Positions 19,349-27,878 of a stretch of 63,460 nt of DNA are shown here, piece by piece. The position numbers and the translations under genes are program-made. Numbering within the stretch: position 1 is the stretch's first letter; each line of letters begins with the position of its first letter. A model generated the notes under the pieces. That model searched no databases and was not told where the DNA came from. It saw only the letters and a list, made by a program, of their open reading frames with translations. The stretch is taken from contig DGXO01000034.1 in NCBI GenBank assembly GCA_002395605.1, forward strand, positions 1 through 63,460, given 5' to 3'. This DNA is from Bacteroidales bacterium UBA4230. Its GTDB lineage: Bacteria > Bacteroidota > Bacteroidia > Bacteroidales > UBA932.

Positions 19349-20099
19349 ATTCCACGGCCAAATCCGGGCGGTTGGTGGTGATAACGTCTACGCCAAGGTC
19401 CTTGAGGTACTTCATTTCCTCAGGGCTGTCTACGGTCCAGACATTGACCGTGAGGCCAAGGGCATGGGCGCGCTCCACCCAGTCCGCGTGCTTGTGGAAG
19501 GCCACCCAGTTGTAGTCTATGCCGTTAATGCCGTCTGCGTGAATTTGTTCCGGCTCCACCACACCTTCAAGATACTGGTTGCCGAAGCCGGGAAGATTTG
19601 CGGCTATCCACTTGCAAGCGTCGTAGCTGAAGGAGATGAACATCACGCGCTCCGGATCCAGAAGGCCGTGGGCCCTCAGTTGCCACACGCAGCGCCGGGT
19701 AAGTTCCAAAGTAGCCTCCACGGTGTCCTGCGGCTTTACCTCCAGCACCATCATACAGGCCGATTTTGCCCCCTGATGCAGGTATTCGTTGAGCGTGGGG
19801 ATGGTTTCTCCGTTTGGTAGACGGGCCCCAAGAAGCTGCCTGTAAGTGCTTGTGTGGATGGGAATTCCGGCAATGGAAGGGTCGTGGTTTACAACCACAA
19901 CGGAGTCTGCGGTAAGGTGAACGTCAAACTCGCTGCCCCAGAAACCGGCCTCCTGGGCTGCCTTCAGGGAGGCAATGGAATTCTGGGCATAACCGGCCTC
20001 CTGGCACTGCCAGTAACCGCGATGGGCACATACTTTCTGGGCTTTCACGGGCGCTGCCGCCAGCGCCAGAAGCGTAAAAAACAAAACAAGTTTTTTCAT
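19338..20099 (-). CDS. Glycerophosphodiester phosphodiesterase (GDPD), secreted
   Basis: Signal peptide; AHRG, QNSIAS, SEFDVHLTAD, VNVWTVD, VITTNRP. Confidence 0.92.
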   Translation of the reverse strand: MKKLVLFFTLLALAAAPVKAQKVCAHRGYWQCQEAGYAQNSIASLKAAQEAGFWGSEFDVHLTADSVVVVNHDPSIAGIPIHTSTYRQLLGARLPNGETIPTLNEYLHQGAKSACMMVLEVKPQDTVEATLELTRRCVWQLRAHGLLDPERVMFISFSYDACKWIAANLPGFGNQYLEGVVEPEQIHADGINGIDYNWVAFHKHADWVERAHALGLTVNVWTVDSPEEMKYLKDLGVDVITTNRPDLAVELSN

Positions 20100-20137
20100 A
20101 GCGTGAAGTTACTAATTTTTTTGTACCTTTGAAAACT

Positions 20138-22768
20138 ATGGACAAACTATTACTCATAGACGGCCACGCGCTGGTATTCAAGATGTACTACGCGTTCCTC
20201 CGCAGGCCCATGATAAACTCCAAGGGACAGGACATGTCCATCCTCTACGGGTTCACCAAGCACCTCCTGGAGATGTTCCAGAGGGAAGCCCCCACGCACG
20301 TTGCCGTAGCCTTCGACCCCCCGGGAGGCACTTTCCGCAATGAGATGTACCCGGAGTACAAAGGCACACGTCCGCCCACCCCGCAGCTTATCATAGATGC
20401 CCTGGAGCCCCTCACGGAGCTTGTGAAGGCCATGAACATCCCCGTTGTGATGGTCCCCGGTTTTGAGGCCGATGACGTAATAGGCTCCATTGCCGCCCGG
20501 TATGCCGGAGAGTCGCTTGACGTTTTTATGGTTACCCCGGACAAGGATTACGGCCAGCTTATCGGCCCGCACGCTTTCCAGCTGAAGCCCGGCAAAGCCG
20601 GCTCCGAGTCTGAACTTGTGGGCGTGACACAGCTCTGCGAAAAATGGGGCATCTCCGCGCCTTCCCAAGTGATAGACATGCTTGCCATCTGCGGAGACTC
20701 CGCCGACAACGTCCCCGGCGTAAAAGGCGTTGGAGAGGTTGGCGCCGCAAAGCTCATAGCCAAATACGGCACGGTTGAAAACATCTACGCCCACATCCAG
20801 GAGCTCACTCCCCGCATGCAGGCGCAGTTTGAGGAAGCCAGGCCTCACATGGCCCTTTCCAAGGCCCTCGTGACCATAAAAACAGACATGGAGCTTCCCG
20901 TAACGCTGCAGGACATGCGTTACACCGGAGAGTTCCAGGGCAAACTGGCACAGCTCTTCGACCTCTATGAGTTCAGTTCGCTGAAAAGGTTCTTGCAGGG
21001 GCATGTCACCGTAACCCCCGTTTCCGTGTCCGAGACCCCTCAAAATGCCCCCGCGGGCACCATTACCCCCGTTTCGGTGTCCATGGCCGAAGTAATTGCT
21101 GCGGCAAGGGCCGCCGGGGAGCTGGGATTGTCACTGAACGGCCAGCGGCTGGCGGTTGCAGCCACGGGGAAATCCGGGCAGTCGCTTGTTGGCATCATCC
21201 CGGCCACAGAATGGCAGAAAGCACGTGAAGTACTTGAGAGCAACTCCATCGCAAAATTCGGCCTGGACCTGAAGCATATAGCTGGCGTCCTGGCATCAGA
21301 GGGAATAGGCCTTGAAGGAAAGTGGAATGACATCCAGCTAATGCACTACGTCCTGAATCCGGAACGCAGCCATGACCTCCAAGCCCTTGCGCAGACTTAC
21401 CTGGGGGTGTCGCTGGAAGAATCGGCCCCTCAATTTACGGGTTCGCTTTTTGACGAAGCCCCGGAAGAGGACAACTCACCGCTGGAAAAGGAAGCCGCCG
21501 TCATGATTCCTCTTGGCAAGGCCCTCAGGGCAGGCCTCCCGGACTTCTACGACAACATGGAAGAGCCTCTGTCCAAGGTACTTGCAAAGATGGAGCGGGA
21601 TGGCGTGAAGGTAGACCTCCGGCAACTTTCTCATTTTGCCGATTCCCTTAGGGTGGAGCTCACGGAGCGCGAAGCCCGCATACGGGAAATGGCCGGGGAG
21701 CCCGCCCTCAACATCTCCTCCCCCAAGCAGGTGGGAGACATCCTCTTTGAGAAACTAAGGCTGGACCCTAAGGCCAAAAAGAGCTCCAGGGGCCAGTATT
21801 CCACGGATGAAGCCACCCTTCAGGAAATAGCGGACCGCCATCCAATAGTTAACGAAATCCTGGAATTCCGGGCCGTAAAAAAACTCCTTTCCACCTACAT
21901 AGAGCCTTTCCCGTCGTATGTAAGTGAGGCCGATGGCCGCGTGCACACCACGTTCAATCAGGCACTTACGGCAACAGGACGCCTGTCCAGTTCCAACCCC
22001 AACCTCCAGAATATCCCCATCCGCACGGAACGCGGCAAAGAAATCCGCAAGGCCTTTGTGCCCGGGACGCCAGACGGGGTCATCGTTTCGGCCGACTACT
22101 CCCAGATTGAGCTCAGGATAATGGCCCACCTAAGTGGAGACGAGCACCTCTGCGCTGCATTCAGGGAGGGTGTGGACGTCCACGCCGCCACCGCCGCCAA
22201 GATTTTCGGGAAACCGGTTTCGGAGGTGACAAGGGAAGAAAGAGGACAGGCCAAAACCGCCAATTTCGGCATCATGTACGGGATTTCGGCATTCGGCCTG
22301 GCCCAGAGGCTGGGGCTTTCAAGAAGCGCCGCAAAAAGCCTCATTGACGACTATTTCGCCTCGTTCCCGGCCATCCGCAGTTTCATTGATTCGTCCGTGG
22401 CCTTTGCCCGGGAGCACGGTTATGTGGAGACTCTCTTCGGCCGGCGCAGGTACCTCCCGGACATCCATGCGCACAACGCCACGGTGCGGTCCCTGGCCGA
22501 ACGCAATGCCGTCAACGCCCCCATCCAGGGGACATCGGCCGATATCATAAAGCTTGCCATGATTGGCGTGGCGGCGCGCCTGAAGGAAGGCGGCTTTCGC
22601 TCCCGGATGGTGCTCCAAATCCACGACGAACTTGTGTTTGACGCCATTCCCCAGGAGGTTCCCGCCCTCAAGGCCATGGTGAAGGAAGTGATGGAAAACG
22701 TAATTAAATTGTCCGTGCCGCTTACCGTGGAATGCTCGGCCGGCGCTAACTGGCTGGAGGCCCATTAG
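20138..22768 (+). CDS. polA: DNA polymerase I
   Basis: ATG at 20138 after TACCTTTG; LIDGH, EADDVIG, GDSADNVPGV, TGRLSSSNPNLQNIP, ADYSQIELR, KTANFGIMYG, QIHDELVF. Confidence 0.98.
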   Translation: MDKLLLIDGHALVFKMYYAFLRRPMINSKGQDMSILYGFTKHLLEMFQREAPTHVAVAFDPPGGTFRNEMYPEYKGTRPPTPQLIIDALEPLTELVKAMNIPVVMVPGFEADDVIGSIAARYAGESLDVFMVTPDKDYGQLIGPHAFQLKPGKAGSESELVGVTQLCEKWGISAPSQVIDMLAICGDSADNVPGVKGVGEVGAAKLIAKYGTVENIYAHIQELTPRMQAQFEEARPHMALSKALVTIKTDMELPVTLQDMRYTGEFQGKLAQLFDLYEFSSLKRFLQGHVTVTPVSVSETPQNAPAGTITPVSVSMAEVIAAARAAGELGLSLNGQRLAVAATGKSGQSLVGIIPATEWQKAREVLESNSIAKFGLDLKHIAGVLASEGIGLEGKWNDIQLMHYVLNPERSHDLQALAQTYLGVSLEESAPQFTGSLFDEAPEEDNSPLEKEAAVMIPLGKALRAGLPDFYDNMEEPLSKVLAKMERDGVKVDLRQLSHFADSLRVELTEREARIREMAGEPALNISSPKQVGDILFEKLRLDPKAKKSSRGQYSTDEATLQEIADRHPIVNEILEFRAVKKLLSTYIEPFPSYVSEADGRVHTTFNQALTATGRLSSSNPNLQNIPIRTERGKEIRKAFVPGTPDGVIVSADYSQIELRIMAHLSGDEHLCAAFREGVDVHAATAAKIFGKPVSEVTREERGQAKTANFGIMYGISAFGLAQRLGLSRSAAKSLIDDYFASFPAIRSFIDSSVAFAREHGYVETLFGRRRYLPDIHAHNATVRSLAERNAVNAPIQGTSADIIKLAMIGVAARLKEGGFRSRMVLQIHDELVFDAIPQEVPALKAMVKEVMENVIKLSVPLTVECSAGANWLEAH
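21007..21082. repeat. In-frame direct repeat (51-bp period) in the PolA interdomain linker
   Basis: CACCGTAACCCCCGTTTCCGTGTCC (21007) and CACCATTACCCCCGTTTCGGTGTCC (21058), giving TVTPVSVS / TITPVSVS. Confidence 0.75.
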
Positions 22769-22771
22769 CCT

Positions 22772-22839
22772 CCCCCTGTCATTCTGAGTTGAACGCCCCC
22801 CTGTCATTCTGAGCGAAGCGCAGCGAAGTCGAAGAATCT
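22772..22839 (+). repeat. REP palindrome (one partial and one full copy)
   Basis: CCCCCTGTCATTCTGAG twice; full copy TGTCATTCTGAGCGAAGCGCAGCGAAGTCGAAGAATCT at 22802-22839. Confidence 0.85.
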
Positions 22840-22843
22840 CATC

Positions 22844-23413
22844 ATGGAAAACGATAAAGACCTCATACAAAGAGCCCTTGCCGGAGACCAGATAGCCTAC
22901 CGCATGCTCTACCAAATCCACGAGCCCTCTGTCCGGGGGCGCGTGAGCGGCTATTTCAAATGGAAGGCCGATGTAGACGATGTTGTGTCCGAGAGCTTCC
23001 AGAAGGCGTTTTCGGCACTTTCGGCCTTTGACACTTCAAGGGAATTCAGCCCGTGGCTAATCACCATTGCCACCAGAACGGCGCTGGACCACCTTTCCAG
23101 CATCAAGAGGGAAGACAACAAGAAGGAGGGAATCCTGAGCAAGGCTTCGCAGGGAGACCCCATGGGCGCGGAGCTCACGGACACCACCCCGGAAGAGGAG
23201 ATTATCCAGGACGAGGTCCATCAGAGGCTCATACAGTATATAGACGAGCTTCCGTCGCTGTACAAGGACGTTATGATAAAATATATGATAGAAGAGCTTG
23301 AGTACGAGGAAATCGCAAAGGAACTGGGGCTTGAGCTCAATACGGTGCGCACCCGCATCAGGCGCGGCAAGCAGCACCTTTCGGAAATGATGTTAAGGGG
23401 GGAAGTGGAATGA
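22844..23413 (+). CDS. ECF sigma-70 factor
   Basis: GDQIAY, DDVVSESFQKAF, FSPWLITIA, YEEIAKELGLELNTVRTRIRRGK. Confidence 0.93.
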   Translation: MENDKDLIQRALAGDQIAYRMLYQIHEPSVRGRVSGYFKWKADVDDVVSESFQKAFSALSAFDTSREFSPWLITIATRTALDHLSSIKREDNKKEGILSKASQGDPMGAELTDTTPEEEIIQDEVHQRLIQYIDELPSLYKDVMIKYMIEELEYEEIAKELGLELNTVRTRIRRGKQHLSEMMLRGEVE

Positions 23414-24063
23414 CGTTTGATGATTTTATAGGTTTTATTGAGAAAGACTTTGAGCTTTCTTCAGAGCAAAGGGAGCGTTTTGCCGCCCTGGACGGGCTGT
23501 ACCGTGAGTGGAACGCCCAAATCAATGTGATCTCCCGGAAGGACATTGATGGCATTTACGATCACCATGTGCTTCATTCGCTGGCCATTGCGCGGTACAT
23601 CATGACGGTGCCGGGCCTGTGGGAAGAGTTCTCTTCGGCCTCCATTCTGGACCTTGGCACCGGCGGCGGATTTCCCGGAATTCCGCTGGCCATCCTGTTC
23701 CCTTCGGCCCAGTTTGTACTATGCGATTCCGTAGGGAAGAAAACCATTGTTGCTTCTGCCGTTTCAAAGGCGCTGGGGCTTTCCAACGTTTCCGTAGTTA
23801 ACGCCCGGGCCGAATCTCTTGGCCGCACCTTTGACTTTGTGGTATCGCGCGCCGTCGCCTCACTGCCGGATTTCTACCCCTGGGTCAAGGGCTGCTACTC
23901 CCGCGGCATCCTGTACCTCAAAGGCGGGGATGTCAACGAGGAAATCGCCGCCGTGATGTCCCGTCACAAGCTCCCCCGCGGTTCCGTGAGCACCTGGCCC
24001 GTCTCCTCTTGGCTCCAGGATCCTTACTTCGACGGCAAACTTGTAATCCATATCAGGAAATAA
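23410..24063 (+). CDS. rsmG: 16S rRNA m7G527 methyltransferase
   Basis: WNAQINVISRKD, HVLHSL, DLGTGGGFPGIPLAI, VVSRAV, LKGGD. Confidence 0.97.
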   Translation: MTFDDFIGFIEKDFELSSEQRERFAALDGLYREWNAQINVISRKDIDGIYDHHVLHSLAIARYIMTVPGLWEEFSSASILDLGTGGGFPGIPLAILFPSAQFVLCDSVGKKTIVASAVSKALGLSNVSVVNARAESLGRTFDFVVSRAVASLPDFYPWVKGCYSRGILYLKGGDVNEEIAAVMSRHKLPRGSVSTWPVSSWLQDPYFDGKLVIHIRK

Positions 24064-24068
24064 TTACC

Positions 24069-24096
24069 TGTCATTTCGAGCGAAGTCGAGAAATCT
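24069..24096 (+). repeat. REP palindrome
   Basis: TGTCATTTCGAGCGAAGTCGAGAAATCT, same family as 22802 and 31530. Confidence 0.85.
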
Positions 24097-24104
24097 CAAA
24101 AATA

Positions 24105-24136
24105 TTTGGGATTTTCACTTGGAATTACTACCTTTG
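24105..24136 (+). promoter_or_regulatory. Bacteroidetes housekeeping promoter of rpmH
   Basis: TTTG (24105)-N20-TACCTTTG (24129). Confidence 0.8.
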
Positions 24137-24173
24137 CAGTCCCTATTACGCGAAAATATAAAAAACACATATC

Positions 24174-24326
24174 ATGAAAAGAACATTTCAACCTTCCCGT
24201 CGCAAGCGCGTGAACAAGCACGGCTTCCGCGCCCGCATGGCTTCCGCCAACGGCCGCCGCGTCCTTAGCGCCCGTCGCCGCCATGCACGTAAGAAACTCT
24301 CCGTCTCCGACGAAGACCGCTGGTAG
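24174..24326 (+). CDS. rpmH: 50S ribosomal protein L34 (absent from the ORF track)
   Basis: Translated by hand: [50 protein letters not shown]. Confidence 0.97.
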   Translation: MKRTFQPSRRKRVNKHGFRARMASANGRRVLSARRRHARKKLSVSDEDRW

Positions 24327-24389
24327 TTTTCCGCGGCCGGTCCGGAATCTGGCAAGCGCCACTCCAACCGGTTCTTACAACAATCGCCT

Positions 24390-24422
24390 AACGCAGACCG
24401 CTCCTTCGGCCTGCGTTTTTTG
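24390..24422 (+). terminator. Rho-independent terminator after rpmH
   Basis: AACGCAGACCG-CTCCTT-CGGCCTGCGTT followed by a T run. Confidence 0.75.
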
Positions 24423-24520
24423 TATCCCGCATCCCCCACTTCATTCCCCTCCGCATTTCTCCCCTATCGGCTTTTCTTCCCCCTCGGCCCGCTCTGGCGT
24501 TTTGCCGTGGCGGTGCGACG

Positions 24521-24610
24521 TAAAGCACTAGCAATCAACAACTTGCACGGTTCTTTGGGAAAAGCGGTAATCCCAAACAACCCAGCAAACACCTCACAAT
24601 CAACACTTTA
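24521..24610. repeat. 90-bp box-dyad-box element, copy E3 (left flank of the transposase unit)
   Basis: Boxes TAAAGCACTAGCAATCAACAACTTG (24521) and CAAACACCTCACAATCAACACTTTA (24586); centred dyad TTTGGGA-N10-TCCCAAA. Confidence 0.85.
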
Positions 24611-24675
24611 ACTGCCACCGACCAACAGGAGTCTTTGTACATTTGTGGCAAAGATAAACTACATACCATACGTCC

Positions 24676-25218
24676 ATGACTTACTACAGCCAGCTTCTCC
24701 TTTATTACTTTCTCCATAGCGCAGGAACCATTCTGGAAGAACCAGAGCAGGAGTACTCTGGCCTTTCAGAGGAAACCGAGGCCACGGAACTGTCCGGCTT
24801 CGTGAAAGAGGCTTCGGCTGGCGGGCTGGTCCCGCCTCCGCCGCACGAAGTCATTCGCATTACGCGCGGGTACAGGATTTATTATGGAGGAAACGAACTC
24901 AAACTCAGGCCCATGTCCAAGGCTGTCATGCTCCTTTTCCTGCGGCATCCGGAAGGAATTGCCCTTAAGGACATCGGGGATCACCGCGAAGAACTCACGC
25001 GTCTTTACTCCGGTGTTGCACGCACGGACAACCCTGTCAGGATAGAGAAAAGCATCGGCCGAGTCCTTGATATCTTCTCAAATGAGCTTAATGTGAACCT
25101 TTCCAGGGTTAACGCCGCTCTTTCGGCTCTTGAAAATGAAGGCCGATACCACATGAAAGGCCGTGCCGGGGAGCCTAGGGCCCTTAAATTTTCAAGGGTA
25201 ATCGTCATTTGGGAATAG
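24676..25218 (+). CDS. Hypothetical protein with a probable winged-helix DNA-binding domain
   Basis: Upstream TACATTTG -7 box at 24638; ELKLRPMSKAVMLLFLRHPEGI...LNVNLSRVNAAL resembles OmpR-type wHTH. Confidence 0.55.
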   Translation: MTYYSQLLLYYFLHSAGTILEEPEQEYSGLSEETEATELSGFVKEASAGGLVPPPPHEVIRITRGYRIYYGGNELKLRPMSKAVMLLFLRHPEGIALKDIGDHREELTRLYSGVARTDNPVRIEKSIGRVLDIFSNELNVNLSRVNAALSALENEGRYHMKGRAGEPRALKFSRVIVIWE

Positions 25219-25250
25219 TCGTTTACCCGTACTCCTTTAAAACAGCAAAA

Positions 25251-25266
25251 TGTTTCACGTGAAACA
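25251..25266. other. parS: parS centromere-like site
   Basis: Perfect 16-bp palindrome TGTTTCACGTGAAACA, intergenic, about 1 kb from rsmG/rpmH. Confidence 0.88.
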
Positions 25267-25330
25267 ACGCTATTTGTTACGGGGTTATTGCATAACGGCC
25301 GCATAATGCATAATTTGGCGACAAAAAATA

Positions 25331-26251
25331 ATGCATATGAAACGTAGAGTCGCAGAGGGTGAAGTTCACCACATTTACCAGAAAACAAAAGGCGGAGTCG
25401 TTATCTTTTATTCGCTCAGGGACTACCTTGTATACTTTACCATTTTCTGTACCCTGGCAGAGAGAATGGATGTCACGGTGCTTGCTTTGTGCCCTATGCC
25501 GGACCACCTTCATAGCGCTTGCCGGTTCGCAAGTGCAGAGCAGATGGTAAGGTTTGTGCAGCAGTACACAAGGATTTTTGTAAAAGAGTGGAATCACTCC
25601 AGAAAGCGCAAAGGCTCCCTTGTACAGGAGCACTTTGGAAGTGCACCCAAAATTGGGAACAAAGCCGTACGTACCACCATTAATTACAACAACAATAATC
25701 CAGTAGAACGCAAGATAACGGCCCGGGCCGAAGATTATCGGTGGAATTTCCTCAAGTATTTTAATAATCGCCATCCTTTTTCCAAACCTCTTGATGAATC
25801 GCATTCATCTCATAAGCTTAGGAGTGTACTTCAAGAAGTGAGAGCAGTTTACAAGAATGAACAATGGTTGCGGTACTCTCAACTTGATCTCTGGATGAAA
25901 GGGCTATCATCCGGAGAAGTGCAACAACTGGCCGACTACATAATAACAACTTGGAATGTAATTGATTATGTAGGGGCTATCAGCTACTATGGTGAATACG
26001 CCGCAATGCTACGAAGCTTCAACGACAACACCGGCGGAGAATATGATATTAAAGAAGATAAGGACAACTATTCAGATGCCGTCTATAATGACTGCACGCA
26101 AATACTTATTCGTGAAGGATACATTTCCAGCGTACGGGAGATACCTTGTATGTTCCTAGACAGGAAAATGGAACTATACAAGTTGCTTCAGTCCAGAACA
26201 GCAGCAAAACCATCTCAAATTAAGAAATATCTGCATCTGAGTGGAATATAG
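25331..26251 (+). CDS. HUH Y1 transposase of the REP-associated (RAYT)/IS200-like type with a long C-terminal extension
   Basis: HHIY, CPMPDHLH (HUH motif), KGSLVQEHFGS, YNNNNPV (catalytic Tyr), EDYRW; visibly more AT-rich than its neighbours; no tnpB. Confidence 0.88.
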   Translation: MHMKRRVAEGEVHHIYQKTKGGVVIFYSLRDYLVYFTIFCTLAERMDVTVLALCPMPDHLHSACRFASAEQMVRFVQQYTRIFVKEWNHSRKRKGSLVQEHFGSAPKIGNKAVRTTINYNNNNPVERKITARAEDYRWNFLKYFNNRHPFSKPLDESHSSHKLRSVLQEVRAVYKNEQWLRYSQLDLWMKGLSSGEVQQLADYIITTWNVIDYVGAISYYGEYAAMLRSFNDNTGGEYDIKEDKDNYSDAVYNDCTQILIREGYISSVREIPCMFLDRKMELYKLLQSRTAAKPSQIKKYLHLSGI

Positions 26252-26261
26252 AGGTGTCAAC

Positions 26262-26351
26262 TATATAATTGATACTCAGGCGTTTGCAGAATCATTTGGG
26301 ATTACCCGTTTTCCCAAACAAATGTATAAACGCCTGATAATAAACCGATTA
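26262..26351. repeat. 90-bp box-dyad-box element, copy E4 (right flank, inverted relative to E3)
   Basis: Boxes TATATAATTGATACTCAGGCGTTTG (26262) and TAAACGCCTGATAATAAACCGATTA (26327); centred dyad TTTGGGA-N10-TCCCAAA. Confidence 0.85.
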
Positions 26352-26478
26352 GCTGGCACCAACACGGCAAAACACAAAGGGGGCAACGTGCAATAATGTG
26401 CTAGTTAGCTTGCACCACCAGGGGAGAAAAATAGGGGGCGCAATGTGCAGGGCAAGCGCAGGGCACAAGCCCGGGGCA

Positions 26479-27822
26479 CTACTTCTCTATGGGGTAGAGC
26501 TTCAGGAGCAGCAGGATGAGGAGGGCGATGGCGGCCGGGAACAAGGAGAACAGGGCCCAGATCATGGTTTGGACGGAGGACTGGTTCACGATTGTGACCA
26601 CGGTTTCTCCGGTTGCGGGGTCTGTGCCGGAGATAAAGCCGGCAAGGCCAAGGAGCAGCGCCACAAGCGCGCCGGATATGGCCGAACCAAACTTCTGGGA
26701 CATGGTGCCGGAAGAGAAGATGAGGCCGGTGGAGGAGGTTCCGTTTTTCTCCGTGGCAAAATCCGCAACGTCTGCGTACATGGACCAAAGGAGCGGAGAA
26801 TATATGCCGATACCAACAGAGGTGAGGATGACGGTTGCAACCATTAACCAGATATAGGCGGGGTCCATTGGGATGAAGAAGAAGCCGATGGACGTAACTG
26901 CGCAAATGACCGCTGCCCAGGCAAATGCCTTCTTCTTGGAGCCCACCCACTTTGTGAAGCGGGGAGAAAGGCCGCCGAAGACCATGCAGGTAACTTCACC
27001 GAAGGTCATGAACACCGTGTAGTTGATGATGAGGCCCGACACCGTCACGTCTCCGTGCAGGCAGTATTCCAGAAGGTAACCTGCAACGGCATAGCGGAAA
27101 CCGTTGAAGAAGTTGGTGCAAATGCCAATCAAAGTCAGATAGATCCAGGGCTTGTTGCGGAAAAGGTCTGCGAAAGGCTTGAATGAGAACTTCTCTGCGC
27201 GCACGGGCTTCAGGCGTTCACGGGTGAGAAGGCCGCAGGCAAGGGTGCCAAGGGCGGCCACGGTGCCAAGGACCACGCCCAGAACCGCATACTGGTGCTG
27301 AGGGGTGCCGCCAATCATTTTCTGGAGGTAAGGGAAGGAAAGAAGAGTGACGAAACCCATGGCATAAGCGCCCACCATGCGGTAAGACGAGAACTCGTTC
27401 TTCTCATTGTCGTCGTCTGTCATAACGCCAAGAAGTGACCCGTAAGGCACGTTCACGGCCGTGTATACCGCCATCATGAGAAGGTACAGGGAGTATGCCC
27501 AGATACGTTTCCCAACCGGGCCGAAGTCCGGGGTAAAGAGCAGCAGGGCAAACACCAGCCCAAGCGGAATGGCGCCGAAGATAAGCCACGGCCTGTAGGT
27601 TCCCCAGCGGGACTGGGTACGGTCTGCGATGGCTCCCATCATGGGGTCCGTGACAACGTCGAAGAGACGCGCCACCAGCATAAGGGTGGCGGTATCTGCA
27701 ACCGTAAGGCCGAAGATGTTGGTGAAAAACAGCGGAAACGCAATTGACATCACTTTCCAGGTGATTCCGCCAGCTGCGGCATCTCCCAGACCATATCCTA
27801 TTTTCTCAATGAGTTTGGCCAT
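26479..27822 (-). CDS. MFS glycoside-pentoside-hexuronide:cation symporter
   Basis: EKIGYGLGD, DPMMGAIADRTQSRWGTYRPW, NVPYGSL, MYADVAD; about 12 hydrophobic segments. Confidence 0.92.
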   Translation of the reverse strand: MAKLIEKIGYGLGDAAAGGITWKVMSIAFPLFFTNIFGLTVADTATLMLVARLFDVVTDPMMGAIADRTQSRWGTYRPWLIFGAIPLGLVFALLLFTPDFGPVGKRIWAYSLYLLMMAVYTAVNVPYGSLLGVMTDDDNEKNEFSSYRMVGAYAMGFVTLLSFPYLQKMIGGTPQHQYAVLGVVLGTVAALGTLACGLLTRERLKPVRAEKFSFKPFADLFRNKPWIYLTLIGICTNFFNGFRYAVAGYLLEYCLHGDVTVSGLIINYTVFMTFGEVTCMVFGGLSPRFTKWVGSKKKAFAWAAVICAVTSIGFFFIPMDPAYIWLMVATVILTSVGIGIYSPLLWSMYADVADFATEKNGTSSTGLIFSSGTMSQKFGSAISGALVALLLGLAGFISGTDPATGETVVTIVNQSSVQTMIWALFSLFPAAIALLILLLLKLYPIEK

Positions 27823-27844
27823 AGTTTTCAGCGTGTTTAATAGA

Positions 27845-27874
27845 CAAATATAACAATTTTTTTCAGTATATTTG
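27845..27874. promoter_or_regulatory. Divergent pair of -7 promoter boxes
   Basis: TATATTTG on the minus strand (27845-27852) and on the plus strand (27867-27874) between the MFS and GH2 genes. Confidence 0.65.
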
Positions 27875-27878
27875 TGTT

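Noticed and set aside
24096-24717. Track ORFs around rpmH (24096..24362, 24188..24439, 24283..24531, 24420..24611)
   Set aside because: They overlap the true rpmH, its terminator and element E3; no coding signature.
24326-25330. oriC next to rpmH
   Set aside because: I found no cluster of TTATCCACA-like DnaA boxes, and dnaA, dnaN and rnpA are not adjacent.
25331-26480. IS200/IS605 element with TnpB or IscB
   Set aside because: No RuvC-type ORF is adjacent; the protein motifs fit a RAYT-like enzyme.
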